Shown here: in pieces, positions 50,889 through 63,115 of the stretch
Layout of the letters: each line of letters opens with the position of its first letter
Numbering within the stretch: position 1 is the first letter of the stretch
NCBI GenBank assembly: GCA_950097015.1
Contig: CATNEN010000039.1
Coordinates: 19,840,001 to 19,904,000, forward strand
Source: Macrostomum hystrix
Lineage: Eukaryota > Animalia > Platyhelminthes
Reading direction: 5' to 3'
Length of the DNA stretch: 64,000 nucleotides
Translations under genes and position numbers: made by a program
Notes under the pieces: model-generated
Seen by the model: only the letters and a program-made list of their open reading frames with translations
What the model was told of the DNA's origin: nothing
The model's database searches: none

Positions 50889-51511
50889 GGAGTTTAACTC
50901 AACTGAGTATTCGCCGGTTAGCAACAAGTTCATTACTCTCCTATCCTCAGATTTAGACTGTTCAGTAAGTTGCAGATAATTTGGCTCTAGATCCAGACCA
51001 AATCTAGTCAAATCCTTGATATCTTTATCCAGTTTAGTCTCCATAGTTTTCAGATTGACTAGGCATGGTTCAGCAGTAATAGACTCCGATAGACTCTTTG
51101 AGCTGTTGTCCAACGATTTTTGCGGTACAGTTGCTTCTAGACCGTCGGGCGATGACTTTGACTGGTCTTTCGCTGAGGTCATGTTCCTCTGCCTTCTGAT
51201 CAGATCTCGGTTTATGCGGGATAATTTCCTCAAACGGGACTTGAGTCTATGGCTACAGCAGTAATTTATAGGAGTAAATCGATTTTTTGAAAGGTGAATA
51301 AATACAAGCACTAATGAACTGCGTTGCTGGGTTGGACAGATTTGTAGTTAATTAAATCACTAGCCTAGTCACTTCCTGTCTGCATTGACTAGGGCTTGGT
51401 TGGTAAAAGGTTGGGGCATGTACTTTTAGATTGCCCATTGACTGACTGTAATTAGTATGCCCTTAAAATATGCAGAGCTATAGTAGCTATGAATACAACG
51501 ATAGCCTGCCA

Positions 51512-53187
51512 CGTTTCTTCAGGTTGCAGCCCCCATTCCACCGTCTCTTCAGGTTGCAGCCCCCATTCCACCGTCTCTTCAGTTTGCAACCCCCATTCCA
51601 CCGTCTGTTCAGGTTGCAGCCCCCATTCCACCGTCTCTCCAGGTTGCAGCCCCCATTCCACCGTCTCTTCAGGTTGCAACCCCCATTCCACCGTCTCTTC
51701 AGGTTGCAGCCCCCATTCCACCGTCTCTTCAGGTTGCAACCTCCATTCCACCGTCTCTTCAGGTTGCAACCTCCATTCCTCCGTCTCTTCAGGTTGCAAC
51801 CCCCATTCCACCGTCTCTTCAGGTTGCAACCCCCATTCCACCGTCTCTTCAGGTTGCAACCCCCATTCCACCGTCTCTTCAGGTTGCAACCTCCATTCCA
51901 CCGTCTCTTCAGGTTGCAACCCCCATTCCACCGTCTCTTCAGGTTGCAGCCCCCATTCCACCGTCTCTTCAGGTTGCAGCCCCCATTCCACCGTCTCTTC
52001 AGGTTGCAACCCCCATTCCACCGTCTCTTCAGGTTGCAGCCCCCATTCCACCGTCTCTTCAGGTTGCAACCTCCATTCCACCGTCTCTTCAGGTTGCAAC
52101 CTCCATTCCTCCGTCTCTTCAGGTTGCAACCCCCATTCCACCGTCTCTTCAGGTTGCAACCTCCATTCCACCGTCTCTTCAGGTTGCAACCCCCATTCCA
52201 CCGTCTCTTCAGGTTGCAACCTCCATTCCACCGTCTCTTCAGGTTGCAACCTCCATTCCACCTTTTCTTCAGGTTGCAGCCCCCATTCCACCGTCTCTTC
52301 AGGTTGCAACCTCCATTCCACCGTCTCTTCAGGTTGCAACCTCCATTCCTCCGTCTCTTCAGGTTGCAACCTCCATTCCACCGTCTCTTCAGGTTGCAAC
52401 CCCCATTCCACCGTCTCTTCAGGTTGCAACCCCCATTCCACCGTCTCTTCAGCTTGCAAACCCCATTCCACCGTCTCTTCAGGTTGCAACCCCCATTCCA
52501 CCGTCTCTTCAGGTTGCAACCTCCATTCCACCGTCTCTTCAGGTTGCAACCTCCATTCCACCTTTTCTTCAGGTTGCAGCCCCCATTCCACCGTCTCTTC
52601 AGGTTGCAACCTCCATTCCACCGTCTCTTCAGGTTGCAACCTCCATTCCTCCGTCTCTTCAGGTTGCAACCTCCATTCCACCGTCTCTTCAGGTTGCAAC
52701 CCCCATTCCACCGTCTCTTCAGGTTGCAACCTCCATTCCACCGTCTCTTCAGGTTGCAACCCCCATTCCACCGTCTCTTCAGCTTGCAACCCCCATTCCA
52801 CCGTCTCTTCAGGTTGCAACCCCCATTCCACCGTCTCTTCAGGTTGCAACCTCCATTCCACCGTCTCTTCAGGTTGCAACCCCCATTCCACCGTCTCTTC
52901 AGCTTGCAAACCCCATTCCACCGTCTCTTCAGGTTGCAACCCCCATTCCACCGTCTCTTCAGGTTGCAACCTCCATTCCACCGTCTCTTCAGGTTGCAAC
53001 CTCCATTCCACCGTCTCTTCAGGTTGCAACCCCCATTCCACCGTCTCTTCAGCTTGCAAACCCCATTCCACCGTCTCTTCAGGTTGCAACCCCCATTCCA
53101 CCGTCTCTTCAGGTTGCAACCTCCATTCCACCGTCTCTTCAGGTTGCAACCTCCATTCCACCGTCTCTTCAGCTTGCAACCTCCATT
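51512..53187. repeat. 30-bp minisatellite between XPF and NAGS
   Basis: Unit CCGTCTCTTCAGGTTGCAACCCCCATTCCA. Confidence 0.97.
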
Positions 53188-53699
53188 GTCCGTTTCTTCA
53201 GGGTTTCTTCAGTCTGCTTTTCCCCATATTTTCATGTCGATTAAAGTGAGCAATATAATTTAGCTATTTACGATTTTAGAATTAAATAACCCTGTTTCTA
53301 TCCCCGCTATTGTTTTAATTCACAGATCGCATCCCTAACTAGTTAGATATATTTCCCATATGCTCTGTTTTCGTCTGCTTTCAGTCCTCGGGGTAAATAT
53401 TGAGTCTAAACAGCCTTTCAAAGCTAATTCCCAAAGTTTTCTAGATCAAATCATTAGCTTTAGCCATATAAGGCTGACTCATTTCCCAATGACAGCGCGT
53501 GTTTCAGTGGTGTCCCTGCATAGTGTATTGGATCGCAGAGGATATAGAAAATTCCAGAAGACTTAGCTGAGGGCTTGCTTACAACTGGTCTAGCCCACTG
53601 AGTCTAGTCATAAATAGCCCCGTTTTTTTAACTTAAGTCAGGTTTTAAGCTTCCAAAGCTTTAAGAAGTCAAGTTGCAGATAAGAACTGACCGCTGAGC

Positions 53700-56580
53700 A
53701 TGCTGGTTCGCTCAGCAGCTTCCATCATCGCCAGAACTTTAAATAGGCGTCGCCAATTGTCCTCGTATCTGTTCAGCGGCAACAGCTCGCCTTGGAACCG
53801 ACTGACCAGTCCGGAGGTTCCAATCGTCCCGTCTGCGGCGGCAGCTGCTCTAGCTGACAGTCCCGAAGATCCAGAACGCTTAGTTGGCACAGCCGGCCTT
53901 CGCAAATTTGTTGAGAACATCACCAAGAAGCCAAAGGAGGCCAGGCTATGGCTGAAGTACTTCAAGTATTTCTCGGCGAAGTCACCCGGCCGGGCGTTCG
54001 CTGTGATGCGCCTGGCGCCAGACGTCTTCAACGACACTCGCGAGCTTCGACGACTGGCCTGGTCCACGGCCTTCCTGTTTGAGCACGGCCTCGTGTCCGC
54101 GCTGATCTGTCGGATGGCCGGCGACGAGGACTGGCGCCGGGCTGAGCTGCTGAGCCAGCTGCTGTCCAGACACGGCGTACCGTCGCGCGTCCTGCTGATG
54201 AACGGTCTGGCAGATGCGGAGGACTCCGTCGGCTGCCTGTCGAAGCAACAGGGCGAGAATCTGCTGGCTTTGGCCCAGGTCTGCGTACCGATCGTCTGCT
54301 GTCCGGTGCTCGAGTCGACAGCCACCAACACCACGTCATGCTTCGCTGCAGATGCGGCCGATGGCAGATCTTCGGGTGCGGCTGACGCTGTCGACGCCTC
54401 TCTGATGCGTATCTGCCGCTCGCTGCGACCACTGAAAGTCATGCTGCTTAGCGGCCAAAGCGGACTGCCAGATCCGAGGGGCCGAATCATGAGCGACATT
54501 CATTTGCCAGGTGAGACTAGCAACTAGGCTTGGCTAGTTTACTAGTTACATGTCACTAGACCAACAATGACGGCACAAAACGTTCACAAAAACACCAATC
54601 ACAACGTTAAAAATCTCCCAAAAGTAACTAAACTTAATGAAACGTCATAAACCTACCTTACAATCCTGCAACAACGTCACCAACATTCAACAACATCGCA
54701 AACCTACAAAAACTTCAAAAACCAACAACAACGTCGCAAACATACTACAACGTCAAAAACCTACAACAACGTCACAAACCTACAACAACGTCACAAACCT
54801 ACAACAACGTCACAAACCTGCAACAACGTCGCAAACCTACAACAACGTCACAAACCTACAACAACGTCACAAGCCTACAACAACGTCGCAAACCTACAAC
54901 AACGTCACAAACCTACAACAACGTCACAAACCTACAACAACGTCACAAACCTACAACAACGTCGCAAACCTACAACAACGTCACAAACCTACAACAACGT
55001 CACAAACCTACAACAACGTCACAAACCTACAACAACGTCACAAACCTACAACAACGTCACAAACCTACAACAACGTCACAAACCTGCAACAACGTCACAA
55101 GCCTACAACAACGTCACAAACCTACAACAACGTCACAAACCTACAACAACGTCACAAACCTACAACAACGTCGCAAACCTACAACAACGTCACAAACCTA
55201 CAACAACGTCACAAACCTACAACAACGTCACAAACCTACAACAACGTCGCAAACCTACAACAACGTCGCAAACCTACAACAACGTCACAAACCTACAACA
55301 ACGTCACAAACCTACAACAACGTCACAAACCCACGTCGTAAAACTTGCCACAACATCACAAAAATTTTACTAACAAATCACAAAAGCTACCAAATCGGTA
55401 AAAAGCATGTCAACTATAGCACACACTAATAAAACAAAAAAATGCGTAAACTTTACCAAATAAAAACTAAAAAAACTCTTCTTTTTCTGATTCCAGGTGA
55501 TCTTGCGCCACTCGTAGGCAGCAGCAGTCATCTGAGCCACGAGCAGCGTCGACTCCTGCGTACCTCAGCGGGTTTATTAAACTGCTTATCAAGCGAAAGC
55601 CAGGTGATACTAACTAGCGCTGGCTGCGTTGTTCAAGAACTTTTCACCCATCACGGCTCGGGGACAATGGTCCGGTCTAGCGAACGCATCGTTCAACAAT
55701 GCACCCTGAAGGGTGTCAATCGGGCGGCCCTGTCGGCCCTATTAAATCGCTCATTTGTTAAAACACTGCGCGAAGACTGGTACACCCGGGTCGAGGGTCT
55801 CGTTGAGTCTGTCTACGTTAGCGAGAACTACAGCGCCGCCGCAGTGATACTTCGCCTGCCCAGCATTCGAGTTCCGTACTTAGACAAGATTGCGGTAAGA
55901 TCGCAAGACTGTTCAGTTCTTGAACAGGAATACATTTGTGTAACAGAAAATTACTCTAAAAGCTAGGCTATAATTCTTATTAGAATTTTGAAATAAAGTC
56001 TAATCGGAAGGATTTATATCTAAAAGGAAGGCTTCATATCTAACAGGACGGTTTCATATCTAACAGGACGGTTTCATATCTAACAGAAAGGCTTCATATC
56101 TAACCGGAAGGTTTCATATCTAACAGGAAGGCTTTATATCTAACAGGAAGGATTTATATCTAACAGGAAGGTTTCATATCTAACAGGAATGTTTCATATC
56201 TAACAGGAAGGTTTCATATCTAACAGGAAGGTTTCATATCTAACAGGAATGTTTCATATCTAACAGGAAAGTAAAATATCTAACGAGACTGCTCATATTT
56301 ATCATATTTATTGCTCAAACAGGTCAGCGAAGCTGCTCAAGGCTCCGGCTTAGCTGTGATGCTGTGGAGTCGCATTGTGGAAGACTATCCCGCACTGTTC
56401 TGGCGCGCCAGATACACAAACAAGGCTGCATTGGCCTGGTACAGCAGCCTAGCCCAGGGTAGCTGGAAGGCCGAAGCTGATTGGACAATATTCTGGTATG
56501 GCCTAAGCAATAGCGGCCTACTTGGCGCCCTCATCGACTATGCGGCTAAGAAACCTGCCGATTTTATTGATCCTCACTGA
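53700..56580 (+). CDS. NAGS: N-acetylglutamate synthase-like (AAK-like + GNAT/DUF619), probable mitochondrial presequence, 3 exons
   Basis: Exons 53700-54510, 55497-55894, 56323-56580. Arg/Ser-rich N-terminus without acidic residues; EARLWLKYF, ELFTHHGSGT, YVSENY.AAAV, PYLDK.AV..AQGSG..LW..YPALFWRAR..N..WY, WTIFWYG. Confidence 0.85.
54660..55335. repeat. 19-bp minisatellite, NAGS intron 1
   Basis: Unit ACAACAACGTCACAAACCT. Confidence 0.95.
56020..56285. repeat. 20-bp minisatellite, NAGS intron 2
   Basis: Unit TAACAGGAAGGTTTCATATC. Confidence 0.93.
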
Positions 56581-56894
56581 AGGTCGACTTGCGGATTCCC
56601 ACGATTCGCTTCCCACCGATTCAACGTGTTATTTTTCCTAAATGCGACTAATGTTTTGCTAATAATAACTTAATACATGTACATGGTGTCATACCTTTAT
56701 TCTACGAATATATCCCAAAAATCGACATACAACATTGATCTGCAGATTTCAATATCTTACTTCAGTAATTCGTTCGATTTGAGATAAAACTCTTTAGTTT
56801 TTTTTTTATTTTAAAGGACAGTTTTGAACAGACTGTCCTTTTAAAAGGTGGAATGGCAATTTCGAGAGCTCGAAGGAGATATTCAGGAAGACAT

Positions 56895-59062
56895 TGAGAG
56901 ATTAATAGAGACTGTGAGAGATTAACAGAGACTGTGAGAGATTAACAGAGACTGTGAGAGATTAACAGAGACTGTGAGAGATTAATAGAGACTGTGAGAG
57001 ATTAATAGAGACTGTGAGAGATTAATAGAGACTGTGAGAGATTAATAGAGACTGTGAGAGATTAATAGAGACTGTGAGAGATTAACAGAGACTGTGAAAG
57101 ATTAACAGAGACTGTAAGAGATTAATAGAGACTGTGAGAGATTAATAGAGACTGTGAGTGATTAATAGAGAATGTGAGAGATTAACAGAGACTGTGAGAG
57201 ATAATTAGAGACTGTGAGAGATTAATAGAGACTGTGAGAGATAATTAGAGACTGTGAGAGATTAATGGAGACTGTGAGAGATTAACAGAGACTGTGAGAG
57301 ATTAACAGAGACTGTGAGAGATAATTAGAGACTGTGAGAGATAATTAGAGACTGTGAGAGATTAATGGAGACTGTGAGAGATTAATAGAGACTGTGAGAG
57401 ATTAACAGAGACTGTGAGAGATTATTAGAGACTGTGAGAGATTAATAGAGACTGTGAGAGATTAATAGAGACTGTGAGAGATTAACAGAGACTGTGAGAG
57501 ATTAATATAGACTGTGAGAGATTAATAGAGACTGTGAGAGATTAATAGAGACTGTGAGTGATTAATAGAGACTGTGAGAGATTAACAGAGACTGTGAGAG
57601 ATTAATAGAGACTGTGAGAGATTAATATAGACTGTGAGAGATTAACAGAGACTGTGAGAGATTAATAGAGACTGTGAGTGATTAATAGAGACTGTGAGAG
57701 ATTAACAGAGACTGTGAGAGATTAATAGAGACTGTGAGAGATTAATATAGACTGTGAGAGATTAACAGAGACTGTGAGAGATTAACAGAGACTGTGAGAG
57801 ATTAATAGAGACTGTGAGAGATTAATGGAGACTGTGAGAGATTAATAGAGACTGTGAGAGATTAATAGAGACTGTGAGAGATTAATAGAGACTGTGAGAG
57901 ATTAATAGAGACTGTGAGAGATTAATAGAGACTGTGAGAGATTAATGGAGACTGTGAGAGATTAATAGAGACTGTGAGAGATTAATAGAGACTGTGAGAG
58001 ATTAATAGAGACTGTGAGAGATTAATAGAGACTGTGAGAGATTAATAGAGACTGTGAGTGATTAATAGAGAATGTGAGAGATTAACAGAGACTGTGAGAG
58101 ATAATTAGAGACTGTGAGAGATTAATAGAGACTGTGAGAGATAATTAGAGACTGTGAGAGATTAATGGAGACTGTGAGAGATTAACAGAGACTGTGAGAG
58201 ATTAACAGAGACTGTGAGAGATAATTAGAGACTGTGAGAGATAATTAGAGACTGTGAGAGATTAATGGAGACTGTGAGAGATTAATAGAGACTGTGAGAG
58301 ATTAACAGAGACTGTGAGAGATTATTAGAGACTGTGAGAGATTAATAGAGACTGTGAGAGATTAATAGAGACTGTGAGAGATTAACAGAGACTGTGAGAG
58401 ATTAATAGAGACTGTGAGAGATTAATAGAGACTGTGAGAGATTAATAGAGACTGAGAGATTAATACAGACTGTGAGAGATTAACAGAGACTGTGAGAGAT
58501 TAACAGAGACTGTGAGAGATTAATAGAGACTGTGAGAGATTAATGGAGACTGTGAGAGATTAATAGAGACTGTGAGAGATTAATAGAGACTGTGAGAGAT
58601 TAATAGAGACTGTGAGAGATTAATAGAGACTGTGAGAGATTAATAGAGACTGTGAGAGATTAATGGAGACTGTGAGAGATTAATAGAGACTGTGAGAGAT
58701 TAATAGAGACTGTGAGAGATTAACAGAGACTTGAGAGATTAACAGAGACTGTGAGAGATTAATAGAGACTGTGAGAGATTAACAGAGACTGTGAGAGATT
58801 AATAGAGACTGTGAGAGATTAATAGAGACTGTGAGAGATTAATAGAGACTGTGAGAGATTAATAGAGACTGTGAGAGATTAACAGAGACTGTGAGAGATT
58901 AATAGAGACTGTGAGAGATTAATAGAGACTGTGAGAGATTAATAGAGACTGTGAGAGATTAACAGAGACTGTGAGAGATTAATAGAGACTGTGAGAGATT
59001 AATAGAGACTGTGAGAGATTAATAGAGACTGTGAGAGATTAATAGAGACTGTGAGAGATTAA
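56895..59062. repeat. 20-bp minisatellite downstream of NAGS
   Basis: Unit ATTAATAGAGACTGTGAGAG. Confidence 0.97.
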
Positions 59063-59630
59063 GGAAGACTTTAAGGGATTAAGGGAGACTGGGTGATTAA
59101 TGAATAGTATGAGATTAAGGAGTGCATGAGATATTGAAGGCGCTTTGGAAAAAGAGAAGAGAGAAAACAAGTTGAGTAGTCACAGTGAGTAGGTCTGTGA
59201 GCCTTGAGGCAGAGAACAAATAATGAACGAATGAGTAGCGATGGTCGACTGAAAGAATGTGAGAGTGGCAGTAAAGATTGCAAATGTAGTCAATTGCTCT
59301 CAGTTAAAGCAATTCATTTTCAAACTCTATTTACCATTGCTAAATAGGCGTGCGCACAACTGGCAGCTTGAAGGCAGAATATTTAACATACAGTCGCAAT
59401 GCTAAATTGAAATATTTCTTCTTTCTTTAGAAATTTGCTTGCCCTGGTGTACAAACGAAGCAGAACAGTGCTCGGATAGCATAACCTACTCAATTCTGTG
59501 CGGAGTATAGAAGTGAAGCAAACTCCTATGTTAATTTATTTTGGCACATTTCACAGTGTCGTGCCATCGTGCCTACTTCCGATTCTAGTTTTGATTAATT
59601 TGATATTTTAGTGTTATTTGTCTTCTGCGC

Positions 59631-59816
59631 ATGGCTTCCTATAATTTGAAGCAGACTTTCCCGCCGCCGCAGCCGGAAACGGTTGAAAATGCCGGAGGAG
59701 CTTCTTGGCCGAGATTTCAGCAGCTGAATCTTGGCTCGCCGCAACAAAGGCTTAATTATCCTCAAATTATCCTCGATGACAAAGACTCGCCTGTGACCGC
59801 CATGACCGAGGAGGAG
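59631..59816 (+). CDS. Probable first coding exon of a further + strand gene (product uncertain; weak resemblance to SSUH2-like proteins)
   Basis: ATG at 59631, 62 codons with exon-like composition, ending at a strong phase-0 donor GAG|GTGAGT and followed by a minisatellite-filled intron. No downstream exon was identified in the window. Confidence 0.55.
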
Positions 59817-59864
59817 GTGAGTATGGAAGGCTGACGGCGCTCTATTGGGGCGTTTCAATGAGAG

Positions 59865-62590
59865 GGAGAGTGGTAGATGGGTAGTAGTAGATAGAGAGTG
59901 GTAGATGGGTAGTAGTAGATAGAGAGTGGTAGATGGGTAGTAGTAGATAGAGAGTGGTAGATGAGTAGTAGTAGATAGAGAGTGGTAGATGGGTAGTAGT
60001 AGATAGAGAGTGGTAGATGGGTAGTAGTAGATAGAGAGTGGTAGATGGGTAGTAGTAGATAGAGAGTGGTAGATGAGTAGTAGTAGATAGAGAGTGGTAG
60101 ATGGGTAGTAGTAGATAGAGAGTGGTAGATGAGTAGTAGTAGATAGAGAGTGGTAGATGGGTAGTAGTAGATAGAGAGTGGTAGATGGGTAGTAGTAGAT
60201 AAAGAGTGGTAGATGGGTAGTAGTAGATAGAGAGTGGTAGATGGGTAGTAGTAGATAGAGAGTGGTAGATGGGTAGTAGTAGATAGAGAGTGGTAGATGG
60301 GTAGTAGTAGATAGAGAGTGGTAGATGGGTATTCGTAGATAGAGAGTGGTAGATGGGTAGTAGTAGATAGAGAGTGGTAGATGGGTAGTAGTAGATAGAG
60401 AGTGGTAGATGGGTATTCGTAGATAGAGAGTGGTAGATGGGTAGTAGTAGATAGAGAGTGGTAGATGGGTAGTAGTAGATAGAGAGTGGTAGATGGGTAG
60501 TAGTAGATAGAGAGTGGTAGATGGGTATTCGTAGATAGAGAGTGGTAGATGGGTAGTAGTAGATAGAGAGTGGTAGATGGGTATTAGTAGATAGAGAGTG
60601 GTAGATGGGTAGTAGTAGATAGAGAGTGGTAGATGGGTATTAGTAGATAGAGAGTGGTAGATGGGTAGTAGTAGATAGAGAGTGGTAGATGGGTATTAGT
60701 AGATAGAGAGTGGTAGATGGGTAGTAGTAGATAGAGAGTGGTAGATGGGTAGTAGTAGATAGAGAGTGGTAGATGGGTAGTAGTAGATAAAGAGTGGTAG
60801 ATGGGTAGTAGTAGATAGAGAGTGGTAGATGGGTAGTAGTAGATAGAGAGTGGTAGATGGGTATTCGTAGATAGAGAGTGGTAGATGGGTAGTAGTAGAT
60901 AGAGAGTGGTAGATGGGTAGTAGTAGATAGAGAGTGGTAGATGGGTAGTAGTAGATAGAGAGTGGTAGATGGGTATTCGTAGATAGAGAGTGGTAGATGG
61001 GTAGTAGTAGATAGAGAGTGGTAGATGGGTATTAGTAGATAGAGAGTGGTAGATGGGTAGTAGTAGATAGAGAGTGGTAGATGGGTATTAGTAGATAGAG
61101 AGTGGTAGATGGGTAGTAGTAGATAGAGAGTGGTAGATGGGTATTAGTAGATAGAGAGTGGTAGATGGGTAGTAGTAGATAGAGAGTGGTAGATGGGTAG
61201 TAGTAGATAGAGAGTGGTAGATGGGTAGTAGTAGATAAAGAGTGGTAGATGGGTAGTAGTAGATAGAGAGTGGTAGATGGGTAGTAGTAGATAGAGAGTG
61301 GTAGATGGGTATTCGTAGATAGAGAGTGGTAGATGGGTAGTAGTAGATAGAGAGTGGTAGATGGGTAGTAGTAGATAGAGAGTGGTAGATGGGTATTCGT
61401 AGATAGAGAGTGGTAGATGGGTAGTAGTAGATAGAGAGTGGTAGATGGGTATTAGTAGATAGAGAGTGGTAGATGGGTAGTAGTAGATAGAGAGTGGTAG
61501 ATGGGTATTAGTAGATAGAGAGTGGTAGATGGGTAGTAGTAGATAGAGAGTGGTAGATGGGTATTAGTAGATAGAGAGTGGTAGATGGGTAGTAGTAGAT
61601 TAAGAGTGGTAGATGGGTAGTAGTAGATAAATAGTGGTAGATGGGTAGTAGTAGATAAAGAGTGGTAGATGGGTAGTAGTAGATAAAGAGTGGTAGATGG
61701 GTATTAGTAGATAAATAGTGGTAGATGAGTATAGTAGTAGATAAAGAGTGGTAGATGAGTATAGTAGTAGATAAAGAGTGGTAGATGAGTATAGTAGTAG
61801 ATTAAGAGTGGTAGATGAGTATAGTAGTAGATAAAGAGTGGTAGATGAGTAGTAGTAGATAAAGAGTGGTAGATGGGTAGTAGTAGATAGAGAGTGGTAG
61901 ATGGGTAGTAGTAGATAGAGAGTGGTAGATGGGTATTCGTAGATAGAGAGTGGTAGATGGGTAGTAGTAGATAGAGAGTGGTAGATGGGTAGTAGTAGAT
62001 AGAGAGTGGTAGATGGGTATTCGTAGATAGAGAGTGGTAGATGGGTAGTAGTAGATAGAGAGTGGTAGATGGGTATTAGTAGATAGAGAGTGGTAGATGG
62101 GTAGTAGTAGATAGAGAGTGGTAGATGGGTATTAGTAGATAGAGAGTGGTAGATGGGTAGTAGTAGATAGAGAGTGGTAGATGGGTATTAGTAGATAGAG
62201 AGTGGTAGATGGGTAGTAGTAGATTAAGAGTGGTAGATGGGTAGTAGTAGATAAATAGTGGTAGATGGGTAGTAGTAGATAAAGAGTGGTAGATGGGTAG
62301 TAGTAGATAAAGAGTGGTAGATGGGTATTAGTAGATAAATAGTGGTAGATGAGTATAGTAGTAGATAAAGAGTGGTAGATGAGTATAGTAGTAGATAAAG
62401 AGTGGTAGATGAGTATAGTAGTAGATAAAGAGTGGTAGATGGGTAGTAATAGATAAAGAGTGGTAGATGAGTATAGTAGTAGATAAAGAGTGGTAAATGA
62501 GTATAGTAGTAGATAAAGAGTGGTAGATGAGTATAGTAGTAGATAAAGAGTGGTAGATGTGATAGAGTGGTAGAGTGAGAGTGGTAGAGG
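59865..62590. repeat. 28-bp purine-rich minisatellite in the intron after exon 59631-59816
   Basis: Unit GTAGTAGTAGATAGAGAGTGGTAGATGG. Confidence 0.97.
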
Positions 62591-63115
62591 TAGACTGGTG
62601 GAAGGATATTGGTTGAGTAGTATAAAATGTCAATCAAATATTATTCTCTGAGCTGCCAGTCATGCAACGGCTTTCCTCTCGATAGTAAAAACTATAACTA
62701 CTCGTATTGATTTTAAAGTAACTATATGTAGCATTTGCAGACATTGAAACTATGCTCGTTACTTAACATAAACAGCGCTTGACATGCAAAAAAGGAGCTG
62801 TTAAAAAATTAAGTAATCGTTTATTCATTTGCTTAAAACGCCACCACAGCACGAAAAGTTGAGAAGGTCTCAGAACTCTGACAGTCGATCAGGCTATAAA
62901 TTAGTCTATTGTTAGCGGTGCTGGCAAATAGTTAAGTTTGATATACTAGTATACGTAGATTGCTGAGACAAACGCTGGTATTATACTTGTACTATTAAAA
63001 TCATTGTTACTTTGCTGGCTAGTGGAAATTTACTATTCTCACCACGTGGGTTTTTGGTTCATGTGTTTCAAATACGAGCGTATGATTTGCAATCAACACG
63101 GTGTCTGTTTTTTGT

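Noticed and set aside
51452-53263. 575-597 aa ORFs (also those at 22767-24225, 18483-19406, 4723-5352, 41127-41911, 44237-45302, 54637-55341)
   Set aside because: Translations of stop-free tandem repeats, often open in several frames and strands, and lying in introns or spacers.
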